A stretch of DNA of 64,000 nt from positions 19,532,001-19,596,000 of the forward strand of contig CM119372.1 of the NCBI GenBank assembly GCA_051294905.1, read 5' to 3'. The translations under genes and the position numbers were made by a program. Below the pieces are notes generated by a model. The model was given only the letters and a program-made list of their open reading frames with translations, had not been told where the DNA came from and did no database searches. Numbering within the stretch: position 1 is the stretch's first letter; every line of letters begins with the position of its first letter. This DNA comes from Botryllus schlosseri (Eukaryota). Shown one piece after another: positions 25,220 through 37,686 of the stretch.

Positions 25220-25815
25220 CAGGGTTGTAACCAAATCACAAGGCACCGAGTCACAAGTCAATCTCACTTTTATAGTTTTGACTCGAGTCAAGTCGAGTCA
25301 TTTTCAATTCACCACCGAGTTAAGTCCGAGTCCAAGTCAGCGAAAAGAGGGTCGAGTCCGAGTCACGGTATTATGACTCGAGTCGAGTCCAAGTCATTGT
25401 GTTGACTGCTCAGTTTCCTGTTAATGTCTTGTTAAACCCACCTTTTATAACTCTGTTTGGTGATATCGAATGGTTCGCATTTATAATATACTAATTTTCA
25501 TCACTTTTAGCAGTTTGTGTTCGCATTTGCAAGTACCAGTACCAATAGACGAAATCCCAATAGTGTGTTTACTTTACTATTCTTCGAAATTACAATGAAA
25601 TGTTGGTCTTGGCCGTCTGCGTCTCGAGTCATATGACTTGGCTCGAGTCATGCGCAATGACTCGAGTCCAAGTCGAGTCAATACACAGATTGACTCGAGT
25701 CGAGTCGAGTCATTTCCGTATTTTGAGAAAATGACTCGAGTCAAGTCGAGTCATCAGAAAATCATGACTCGAGTCAGACTCGAGTCGAGTCATGACTCGA
25801 GTCATTACAACCCTG
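25220..25815 (+). mobile_element. hAT-type MITE (family B) with GACTCGAGTC arrays, nested
   Basis: TIRs are CAGGGTTGTAA...TTACAACCCTG with a perfect TSD GAAATGGG. Confidence 0.9.
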
Positions 25816-26502
25816 GAAATGGGCATATCAGCGTCGGCCATTACCTCGCCACGACGCACCAAGACGTATAAAGTATTGGGCCATGTTACATGCGACTGCA
25901 AGAAGTGTGCCAAAACGATCGGCAGCGAGAAAACCTTGACCGAAAGGACTGCCCTTGTGCTGACCGAAAACTTCGTTATATATACAAAATACATGTGGGT
26001 TTAATAGTCCATAGGCGCCTAAATGACTGGCACCTAAATGTTCCTGTCTGGACAATCTGAACCTCACAAGACAAATACCACCCCGCAGGGAAAAATTATA
26101 TACCAGTGAAGAAATACCAATTTGAAATCGTGAGATCTTTTAGTTTAGTACACGCATGCGGCCCTCAGGGCCGCGGTTGGGAATCACTGGTTTAGTACGT
26201 TTCGGCGATTGTATATTTTTGATATAGCAGACAGGAGGCCACGCAATAACATCATGTAACGAAGTCATACCAACGGATCCACCTGCCCGAAGGTGTTATT
26301 TATTACGGTATTATTTACGGGCTCTACATTTTCCAAGACAACACCTGACTCAGCTCTACCGGTAAATCTGATTACGTGAGCAACTGAGTGTAGAGGACAA
26401 GAAATTGATAGCAATATATATGCAATTCCCGGTCTTACTGACCGATTTTATCTTGAATTATCGAAAATTTTCGCGCTTCGCGCTGGCTTGCTACGCAATA
26501 CA

Positions 26503-26617
26503 CAGGGCGTGTTATTTTTGGCATTTCAGGAGCCAGATGCCAAAACTGCCAAAAATAAAAATTTGAAAATGCCAAAAATAAGCAATTTTTGGCATATGCC
26601 AAAAATAACACGGCCTG
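26503..26617. mobile_element. Tiny MITE, nested
   Basis: Inverted ends are CAGGGCGTGTTATTTTTGGCA...TGCCAAAAATAACACGGCCTG, with an imperfect TSD GCAATACA/GCCAATACA. Confidence 0.7.
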
Positions 26618-26692
26618 GCCAATACATCTATACTTTCGTGGCAAAGTGAACAACGTGGTGGCGGCCTGGAGGGTCGGTTTGTCACCCTATGG

Positions 26693-27777
26693 TAGGGTTG
26701 CCATACGTCAGGAATTTCCCGGACATGTCCGGAATTTCACTGTTCAAAGTAGCGTCCGGGAGGAATTTCTAAAATATGCCAAATGTCCGGAATTTTGACG
26801 TAGCCTCATAATTTTTTCGTAAATCAACATAAAAAACATTATTTTGGGGAATATTTATGCTGATGCATGACAGTTTTCTTCGCGCTGCGCGCGATTTACT
26901 ATCGCATTTACTATCACCCTCGCCAAAATTACAATAAAATATAAATAAAAACTACCTTTATTTACTGGAATAAGTCTAATCGCAATTATACGAGAACGGT
27001 ATATTCCTAGATATCGTTCAGGCCGTTTAAATTCTTTATTCAAAGAGAGTGGTTCCAGACGTAGGGATGGTTTGCCTTTATTCTGGGGTTCGCGAACATG
27101 TTGTACGTAATCAGCTTCCAAAATAGCCCTCGAGTAAGTCCGGGCAAAGGTGCTGACTTCTTTTAGTAATCAGCTCGTCAAATTTTGATCTGGGCCACGG
27201 AACATTTTCAAATTGGAGATGGAGTCGCGACCCTAAAAGGTTGAAAACCACTGGATGTGACGTGTTTATAAAGCTCCGTGGTGCGCACCGGCATAAGGCT
27301 GATAAACAATCTTATCGGTGGGACATGTGAACATGACTTAACGATGTACAATTACGCTCCCCGTATTTTCGAATTCATCATCCTCCACCAGCACTACCGC
27401 CAAATCTGATCATGTGGGCGGAGAGCAGTAACTATATAGTAATATATGGAACAACCAATATTATTGACAGAATTCATTCAAAGAAATTTAACGACCAGAT
27501 GCATATAGAATCATACAGAAACCCCATCCCCCGAAAGTGACATCGATTACCCTATGGTGGGCTCAAAATAATTGTTTATTTGAGCGGGAAGGGAATGAAA
27601 AAAAGTGATTTCGGTCCCGGTTACATAACACACAGCCACATATTCCTGAACCGGATCGTGACCACCTCTGGTCTGTGAGTAAAGCCTTGCTAGTGTGACG
27701 TCACAACTCATTTTGAAATCCAGTAGTGGGCGCTAAAGAGTGTCCGGAATTTGGATTACAGAAATATGGTAACCCTA
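26693..27777 (+). mobile_element. hAT-type family C (copy 2), nested
   Basis: Termini are TAGGGTTGCC...GGTAACCCTA with a perfect TSD CCCTATGG. It is collinear with 5898-6752. Confidence 0.9.
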
Positions 27778-28444
27778 CCCTATGGGAGCCCAAGACTCCC
27801 GTTTTTGGGGACTGACGAAGTGCTGTTTCGTTCCTGCCAACGGGTATACAATACATCCGGAGATGTTTATTTATTATTGAGGGGTCCTACCCTTTCAAAC
27901 ACACCTCACTCTGCTCTATCGGTAAATCTGATTACGTGAGCAGAGAAAGGATAAAAATTGATAGCAATATATATGCAATTCCTGATCATATTGCTCGATT
28001 CAGTCATGAATTATAGAAATTTTTCGCGCTTCGCGCATTTAGGCGATAAAAACTGACTCACTAAACGGACACCCAATATAGATGACAAGCAGCTGTAAAC
28101 ACCGTACACCCTGAGGGTGGTCTGGGGGGCGAAGCCCCCCAGAAGTTAGGTTTATTACCCTATGGGGGGGCCCAGGACCAACGTTTTGGGGGGGGGGGCT
28201 GACGACGTGCTGTTACGGCCCTGCTTTTAATCACACATTGATGAAGTCTATGCACTACAGGGAGCCGTGTGGGTCGATGATATTATATTGTCAGTCACAT
28301 TATTGAACTTGCGGTCAGTTACTTTTCGTTAGTTCCCATTGGCAGCATACATAAAGATTGCCATATTATGCCAATGCCGTAATTGGCTCTCAGACAGGCT
28401 GGATATAACATAGTATGCACCACACGGCGAGCACCGCCGCTCTT

Positions 28445-30245
28445 CGGCGTGGGCCATTAGCGTAGGGTTGCCATATTTTTGTGAAGCAAATTCCGGACAC
28501 TCTGTAGCGCCCACTAGCGGATTTTAAAATGAGGTGTAACGCATTGACAGTCAATATGACGTCACACTAGTAAAGCATTTCCCATCGACTACATACGCTA
28601 TACAGGAATGAAGTGGAACATAGGTCGTGCATTGGGCCATCTGTAATGTGAGCTCTGGTAATTGCTACTTGCTAGGGTTTGCAATAGATTCCTGCACGGG
28701 CCGGATGAAATCGTTTGCGGGCCGTGTCTGGCCTGTCAGGATTGTGTTTGACAGCCCTGCTATACTGCTAGGTCGGTGCGGCTATCTCTTCATGTGTTTT
28801 ATTCAGGTCCGAAACAACATTTTTTTCTCCCCCCCCCTTCCGCCCAAATAGCACTGATCTTGCGCCCACCATAGGGTAGTCGATTTAACTTGTTGGGCAC
28901 TTACTATATGCAATTGGTTGTTAAATTTTATGCATGAATTCTTTCAATAATATTGATTCTTCGATATATTAGGCTACTGTAAAATGCACCAGCAGGTTGC
29001 ACACCCGGTGATTTCCAACCTTTTATGCTCGCGACCTCATTTCCCACTTGAAAATGTTCCGTGGCGAAGTTCAAAACTTGATAAGCTGATTACAAAAAAT
29101 TTCAGCGTGCCCAAACTTACTCACGGCCTAGAAAGCTGATTACGTCAAACATCATCGCGATCTCCAAATAAAGGCGGACGACCCCAAGATTTGGAACCAC
29201 TGTCTGTGATTGAAGCATCCAATCAGACTTACCTAACTCTAGGAATATACCGTTAGCTTATAATTGCGATTACGATCAAACTTATTTCAGTAAATGATGG
29301 TTATTTATATTTATTTTGATTGTATTTTTTGGCGAGGGTGGTGCCTGGAGCTCATACTGATATCATTACACGTTGCATTAACTCGCGCGAGGCGCGAAGA
29401 ACAATTTTGAATAGCATACATCTGCTTGAAAATAATATTGTTTATGTGTATTTACGAAAAACTTTTGAGCCTGCTCCAAGCCTTCAAAATTCCGGACATT
29501 TAGGCATATTTTAGAAATTCCTCCCGGACGCAGATTTTTCAGTGAAATTCCGGACGTATGGCAACCCTACATTAGCGCGCCACGACGCACCAAGGCATTC
29601 GACTTTTTAGGCCATGTGACATGCGACTCCGAGAAGTTATATATAAATGTCTAAGTTTAGTTGTCCATATGTGCTAAATGGCTGACGCCAAACGTACCTG
29701 TCTTGGCAATCTGAACAGCACAAGACAAATGCTATCGCGCAGTGAAGAAATACCAATTTGAAATCATGTGAGTCTTTTAGTTTAGTACGTTTAAGTGATT
29801 TCAATATCTCTTGACATAGCAGACACGATGTCATCATACCAACGGGTCCACCCGAAGCTGTTTGATTATTATTTACGGGCCCCATATTTTCCATGACACC
29901 TCCCTCAGCTCTACCGGTAAATCTGATTATGTTGGCAGGGAAAGGATAACAATTTGATAGCAATTTACATGCAATTCCGGAACATATTGACCGATTTAAT
30001 GATGAATTATATATTTTTTTCGCGCATAGCGCGCTTAGGCCACAGCAGCTGACTCACCAAAAGTTAGACAGATCTCGCTGATAAGCAGCGGTAAAAAGGT
30101 ACACGCTGATGGGGGGGGGGGGTCTAGGAAAGTTTGGTTTATCACTCCCATAACTTTGGTTTTTCACCCTATGGTGGCCCAAGACCAACGTATTTTTTTT
30201 TTGTGTGTGGGGGGGGGGGGCTGCCGAAGTGCTGTTTCGGTCCTG
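28445..30245 (+). mobile_element. Second, 5'-truncated copy of the 25003-28223 family
   Basis: It shares GCCACGACGCACCAAG, GGCCATG..ACATGCGACT and CAGCTCTACCGGTAAATCTGATTA with 25830-26480, and ends in GCTGTTTCGGTCCTG. The left boundary is approximate. Confidence 0.7.
28463..29569 (-). mobile_element. hAT-type family C (copy 3, inverted, more diverged)
   Basis: Termini are TAGGGTTGCC...GGCAACCCTA with a perfect TSD CATTAGCG. Confidence 0.88.
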
Positions 30246-32659
30246 CAGGTAGCCCTTGGAATGCTCCTGAGTCCTGAGCAGCAGGCTCTATATTGCGCTA
30301 TAAGACATAATATTGGTGAAAATTATAAACTGTGTTTCCTGAACTACAAGTGCTCCATGTAGTTGAATTGCAAGTAAAGTAGCCTACTGCTTTCTTACTC
30401 AGCTAGAATTTTATTGTAAATGATAGGACATGGGATATATTTTTGTAATTATACTGCCACCAATTAGAAGTTCTGAAAAAAATATGTCATATTTTGATTT
30501 CGGCGCAACACATCGGCTTATCGGCAAAAATATGATAAATCGGCGATGTCGGTATGAGCAGAAATATTAATATTGACCGGGATCTACTTCGGATTATTTC
30601 CGGACATAATTTTCCGCTTGACATACGATCAGCGAAATCGAAACTATTTTTCGTGAACGCCACTACCAGCCTACGTTGAATATACGTGCGATCCTGTTAT
30701 TTATATTGATCCCTCTTGTATTCAAGGTTGCACGTGCGTCGTGCACACCCTTGCCGTAAACTTTCGCCGTAGATGATGGAAGAGAACAAAGGAAATCATT
30801 TTCATTTTGTGTACAGAGGTAAAAATTCCATCAGAATACAATTTGAAGTCGAACATAAATTCATGATCGGTATCTGAATTTCTGAAGTTCCATTCCCACT
30901 GGGCCGAATTGAAATGAACAAACAAGTCAGCGATGAACAATGTTCATTGACATGGCTTTTGATTGGAAACGATTTGATTGAACAGCATTACGATATTGGC
31001 AAAATAAGATTAGGATGTGACCTAAAACTTCGAATGACGTTTAAATTTCACGCGACTACTGAGCCAGATTAGGATTTAAATATAACATGCCCGCTTCTTC
31101 TGATAAGTCCCGAGTCAATTTACCATGCCATGGTGAGAAATTGATGAACTAGGGACGCGGAGCAGTAGAATTATCACAACAATTGTTATGATTGGTAATT
31201 GGTATATTTGACGCTTCCACTGGTTGGAATTGAACCAAATTTGGTGAGCATCGTTTCTATAGACAGCCTAACACTTTCATGGGGTGAACAGAAACAGAAA
31301 ATTTTGAAATTTTTTATTATTTATTTTTATATAATAAATAGAAACTTTCTTCTCCTGTAGCAAAGCGGTTACTGGCTGGAATTGAACCAAATTTTGTGTG
31401 TAGGCTTAAATTAGGCAACCTAACAATTTTATCAAGTAGCCAGTACGATTTGAGAAAAAAAGTCATTTTTGAAGAGCCCTAATGAGCGTATAGTGTCGAA
31501 CTGTAGCACTGTAGACAGACACTGCTGACACTCAACCTGTTACGTGATCGTTGCCTAACAATTGAGTTCTCCAACATAAACAAAGCGCGAGTGATCTAAT
31601 CCTGTACGTTTAAATTTAGCGTTGGGAGATATTAAATGTTACTTAGTGATCGATCGCATCGAATTTCAACAAAGGTCTTGAGACGCGCGACGTATCTGCA
31701 ACACAAGAACTCGAGTTCATCCCATTTTAGCACAGATTGAATTTAACGCGCCAGAGGTGAACAATTCGCTAAACACGGCATCGCGCGACATTAAAATAGC
31801 ATATCCGATCTGTCAGTTATGATTTGGATAAAAAGATATGAGCGATTACGTGCCTGCAGCGAAAACAATCTTCGTTGAAATATAATAGAATCATCACATA
31901 TTATGGGTGTGGAAGCGTAGGCTACAACCATACGTTTTATCCAGTATGTTTTGAAAATCTAGATAGCTGCGCTGTCACTGACCCGATAAGCACATTGCAA
32001 GTAGCAGACGATCTCCAAATATCGCCATCACGGCAACGTCATTGAATAGATAATACTGACATACTGTGAACAATACGAAATGAACGGGTGAGAGTTATAC
32101 TTATTACAAGCACCGTAATCCCTTTGTGTATGAAAGCCTCACATCCGATGTATACGAATGCTAATATTTGATCAACGCTCTTTACACTCAACCTCTGACA
32201 AATGACAGTGAGATATTGCTGCGGGAAGCTGCGGAATATGTTGCCTCGACTTAGCCTACCTGTAGGCTTCTAAGAACAGATCGTTACCGCGCGAAACGCT
32301 CATAGCTTCAAGATTCACATTTGATTCACTCTACCGGTGCTGTTATTTGCTGGATATATCCCCAACCAACCGGGTTAGGTGCTGGTGGATATAATCGCAG
32401 AATCAGAACGTAGGGTAGCCCTAGTCGGCACTGCGCCGAATTGCTCTCTTTGAAAGCGGTTGTCCCATGCCCCATCGAAAATATCAAATCAAATTCGCAA
32501 CCTCATCAACAAAATTTGTGGTCAGTTACCTCAATGATTATTCTTGCGTTATGCTTCAGAATATGATAAATAAATGAATCGTACACGAAAATCAGAGGTT
32601 GTATTCGCAATATCACTTCAGCTGTCAAGGACTCGGAGAGTATTGCTGGGACTAAATGA

Positions 32660-32990
32660 TTCATGCAACAGAAAACACCGAGCGATTTTGAGTTGTGCTA
32701 TTGATGATTCGAGAATCAAGATGACTTAACTTGTGCAATGTGCATGTATCGGTATACAATACAGGGTGCCATGAGCAAGAAGATGGCCATTCGAAAACAA
32801 ATGGTCGACACAATGAAAGCAGTTGTGGCACACTGCTGGTCAAGAAAGGTTCAAATATCGCAGTGTAAAGCATAATATTGTGTATTGTAACGTACCGATA
32901 TATAAAATTTCCTCTCTATCAGGTACTTCATCGGCTGCATTCCTATATTTTAGCACACCAAAACAAAGCGTAACTCGCAGACGATACAAG
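32660..32990 (+). pseudogene. Degenerate Rab-family small GTPase fragment
   Basis: QLWHTAGQERF (about 32820-32852) matches Rab QLWDTAGQERF with D>H. Frameshifted ERF*VVLL and MSKKMAI lie upstream, with stops and frameshifts throughout. Confidence 0.5.
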
Positions 32991-35900
32991 CGCTCATTCG
33001 TCACGCGTGCAGTTCAACCCGAATCGATGTGATATTTAAAATATCATTCTCTCTGCATCGTGAGATTTGTCAAGTGTTTGCAAATGGTGCCGAGCAATTA
33101 GAAGGCCTGAAAAACAATTTTACTTCCATTTCGATGATAAAATATAGAAGAGAGTGGCAATTAGTGGCCCAAGTGAAGAAATTAATTATTGACTTGCAAC
33201 GCTTTATTTCGTTCGGATGATTCGCGGTATGGCGATGTTCGCACCTGCGCATTTGCAAGTCCAGGTAAGAATTACAGTTAGATCGACTGGAGTTTCGTTT
33301 CGTACAGTCTGTATGGGAAAAATAGAACAAGTATGCTCCTCGGACAATCTCCGCCATCTGAGGGCTGTCTACATGGAAAAGAAACCACATTACAATTTCT
33401 CACCAAAGCTTAAAAATTTGATGACCATGTAAACGACTATATGATGGCTTGCTGAGTTATCACCTATTTCAAATTATTAGGACGTCATGCGGCCCCTATT
33501 ATTTCGCACCAGTGTGTTGACGTCACAAACGAATCGTGTCATTACTTTGTTCCGTGAATTTTGTGGCGTCCTCCTGTAACTGGCATGTATTGTTTTGTGG
33601 CCCTCTCTTTTAGGAAACTATTATTTGCAAGGCATTTTCTGCAACCATGTAGATGACGTTACTGACCAAATTCATGGACGTGGTGGGGAAAGGTGTTAAC
33701 GTATTGTGTAACGGTGAAATTACGTTGACGAACCCTTGCGACATGCCAGTAGAAATGAAGTCGCGGTATTCAGATTAAAACAAGGGTGGGTAAAACACCC
33801 ATTTTAAACCAATCAATACTCCCGTACGCTCATCATAAACAAAACTCCGTTGTAGTAGCGGTGGTACAAAACACATCACAATTCAATTTTTGCGAGCGAT
33901 GGGCGTACGCTACTGCGGGCAGGCAGATAATGCTGCTGTCGTTTTATTGTCCCTGATAATAATGATGACATCACGGGCCAGGCGATTCTTCCTCTTCGGA
34001 TGGTATCTTCAACTATCAACTTATAGCACATCACCCTTTGGGTATAGGATTTTATGTAACCGATCTCTAATGCTCTTTGATCAAGAGCACATAGATAAAC
34101 CTCTAACAGTCTAGCGCATGAGCAGGGTTACTAGAGTCGACGGTGGACTCTGAGAGTGTAATTTTCAACCGAAAAACAGTACAATGACAATATAAATACA
34201 GCATCACCACAACGAAAATGTGATGGTAACTAAAATAACTCTCAGTCTGATATTAACGTACTTTGACATCCGTTTCCCATTATGCGGCGCAAAGTCAACA
34301 CTTTACGTGTTTTGAGTGGCGCATTTCACGACTTCTTCTTCGACTTGGTCGCTGTGCGATTGGGTACACGGTGACCTTCCTTTATGTGGAAATTTTCAGG
34401 AAAATGGAAAAGTGGTAATGAAAAGAATTCAAGAATTTCGTTAAATATCCTCGCGCACAATAATTTTCGAAAAAAATGTATAATTTCAATTGACAGCAGC
34501 ACAAACTCGCGACTACATTGCTCGCCGCGCAACATCTGAAGCCGTGATGTTTGATGTCCATAAATCGCTCGAGAACGAAGTGCTGGAGCGGGTCCTATCG
34601 TAGGCCCCGCTTGGCGGATAATGAAAGGTCTATCGTTCAACAATACTCTGACGAAATTTCAATGATTTTGAACCGAAACGCCAACTGCCCTCTATGGTTG
34701 TGAAATCGTGAATCTCCACGATTTACCCCTTGAATCGCGGATTTTTTGAAAATGGGTAGTGATTCGCTCCAGTTTGACTATTTTTGCAATGGAACACACG
34801 AGAAGGACCTCCAAACCATGAGCTATATATTAAAAATAAAATGTGAGTTATGATGGCAATGTTGCTCTTCCGTAGATATAGCATATATAATGCATTATGC
34901 AATTGCAATATATACGTACAGTTGGGATATGTTTCTGTTCCTGTTACGATATTTGTACTATTATATAGGGAAAGCATTAACCGGCGAGGGTCGTTTATCA
35001 TGATGACGTCACAAGTCCAGTGTCATCGTTCCTAAGGTTCGGATTTAGCGCCGCGGCAGAAAGGGTTTTAGAATCACTGAGCTATAATATCAGATAAACA
35101 CGTTGCTAAGCGGCTGCGGAATTCACTGCGCATGAGAAGTTGAGAATACACGAGACTCCGTTTGTAATTGAATCAGAGATATAATATTGTCTTATAAGTA
35201 GGATATTAAGAAGGCAACGCTTTGTGGAATATGGTTAATCCGCAAAATCAATTTGGTCCAATCATTGGGATGATGCTGATGGAACATTCAGAAACGACCG
35301 AAAGTCATGAAATGAAGTCATAATACACTATTCATATCTGCGAAATTAGTCAACGATTAAACACTGTTTACCGATCTTGGCAAGGCCGAGTGGATTAGAT
35401 TAATTCCGTAACGAAAGCAGCTACACTTTTATGATCAAAGATATCCTACAGGTACAAGTAACAAGTACTAATCGATTTATTCATCTGGTAAGCTAAATCG
35501 TATTAATATGTTTAGGGTAATACCTTCAGTATCACAAATATTTTATATCGTACTGGCACTTTAACCATTTATCCAACTCAGACATTCACACTAACATATT
35601 ACAAAGAGTATATTTTGGATAAGAAATAGATGTCACGCTCCATATAAAGCCCGGAATTCTACTGAAAATGGTAAGTGCAAAGTATGCGCTGTGTATGTTG
35701 AAATCTTATGATTTGCACCAAGAAAAGAAATTATCGATTAGACGCATGTTGCTTGCAACGAGTAATTTTCTCGAAACGTGACGGAGATACTTGCCAGCAA
35801 CGTATTTTTGGTGAAGAAGAAATTTATGTCGTATTCTTGGCACATTCAGCTGAGGAAGGCTGCTGAATACAGACTTATTCCTTGTTCCTAATGAGTACAG

Positions 35901-37649
35901 TACTGTAAGTGCGACCAGTGAAACAGCGGTGTGTGAGGCCTGCATCAGTAACGCCAAGCGCTGTGTAAGTGATAGAATTCCCCGAGGAGATTTAATTGCA
36001 TAAACTATGATCACGATCAGTAACACTTACCAGTAAGGGAAATGTTCGATAATATGATTGAAATTATTTGGTCAGTAAAATTCGCAGGCCAAGCGAATGT
36101 CAAGAGTCCAAAAGTATTAGAAATGGAAATAAACATCCTAAAGCGAGTATTCTCTATGAACCCATCGCGTACCGCGTAACAGAAACGAGTCATATCGAAG
36201 TAATCTGGCTAGAAGGCAGATACCAGATAACACGATATTTTTGTGAATGGAACTTCTTCGTCATGGAACGGCGAATATCGCTTCATGGCGAAGTGACGAA
36301 ACAATATAAAGAGAACTAGAGCGGGGAGAATAACATCTTTTGTAGCGAGAGTAAATACTTTTACGCTAGACGTCCGCCAGGAAAAAGGCTTGGCGCGTTA
36401 CCTTGCGCGGATTGTGTTTTCCATTTCAGAAGAGATAGCTTACTCGTTCACTTTTTACTAGATGTAGCTGCGCAAAATAGAAGAGACAGATACTACAATT
36501 CGCACATAGTTTTATTCATAAAATTAAAGTCGTCCGCGCGCTAGTACGATGTCATGAAACGAGTTCGCGGGTCGTAGATTGCCGAAGGGCGTCATAAGAG
36601 TTTAGCGAAGAATCATAGCGGATTTTTGTTGCTAGTTTTGTGGAAGCGGAGAAAGCGATAATAATTTGAGGTCTCCAAGCCTAGGACTTCCTGGAATCCA
36701 CTATTATGTGTATTATGCGTATTCAGAATTATGGAAAGATAGCTTTTTGCGCAAGTGCCGTTCTTTCTGCCGCCATATCTATTATTTATATTTGCAGTTA
36801 TCGCGTTTCCGAACGCATGTGTGCAGCTACCATATAATGTTTACAATTTTCCACGTTTTTGGGGCAACTCAGGATTATAATTTTGCTTTATCTCAACGTC
36901 GCCCGAATCTGTATATCAGCTGATCTTCGCAGATTATCAATAAACATGTTCATTGTTCAAGCAGGGCATGAGATTTGCAATCGGGAACATTGCTACGTTG
37001 ACATCATCCGGCTTATTGCAGTGCAGCATGTGCCAGAGATCTAATGAATAAGTAATTTCCATGTCAGCGGCAGGTAGCGATAGGCGTATGGTTGCAGGGG
37101 CATTTGTTATAACTTTCGCTTTTGACAATTTTACTCGCATGACAGACGCGATACGCGCTGACAAACGAACCGGAAATGTAATTAGTTGTGGAACATAATT
37201 CTGACAAGGTCCAGTCACGTTGTACCAGCTAATACATTATTCATCTGTTCTCACCTCGTCAATTATATTTTCCAACTTTTGATTACGGGGATTTCGCTAA
37301 TTTCCACAATAACATGACCGATTTAGGATATAATTAAGGATTACGTTTTGCAATTAGCTTAATTTGTTTGAACTCGCCTTCACTATTCTTGAACGTTCTA
37401 TCAAGTAGATGTGTATCGGTTATGTTTGTGCATCTTCTGTGGTCATTGCGATATGGAAGGCCAGACGAAAGTACAGGCTTTGACCGATATAGATAGTGTT
37501 AACTTTATCTGTCTGCACGGACATATATATATAGTACACTATATGGGATGTAGCCTTCGTACGCTCTCTTGGTAACGAGTTGACCTATTTCGAACGCAGC
37601 CCTCCACTGTTGCTTGCGATCCATGTATATTCTGCACTAATCAGACATT

Positions 37650-37686
37650 TGAAGAGCTTCTTGGAGGTACAGAACTTCAATTGTAT
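37650..37686. mobile_element. Micro-insertion of the same Penelope-like 3' terminus as at 14280
   Basis: GAAGAGCTTCTTGGAGGTACAGAACTTCAAT is identical to 14279-14309 and is flanked by the direct repeat ATCAGACATT (37640-37649, 37687-37696). Confidence 0.7.

Larger units (their letters stand above)
25003..28223 (+). mobile_element. Large composite hAT-type element hosting several nested insertions
   Basis: Termini are CAGGGCCGTAAC...GTTACGGCCCTG with a perfect TSD CTTTTAAT. Its 3' part is internally duplicated (a pseudo-end near 27836). Confidence 0.88.

Noticed and set aside
24935..26067. ORFs with repeated MTRV/SSRVES peptides
   Set aside because: They are translations of the GACTCGAGTC arrays in family B.
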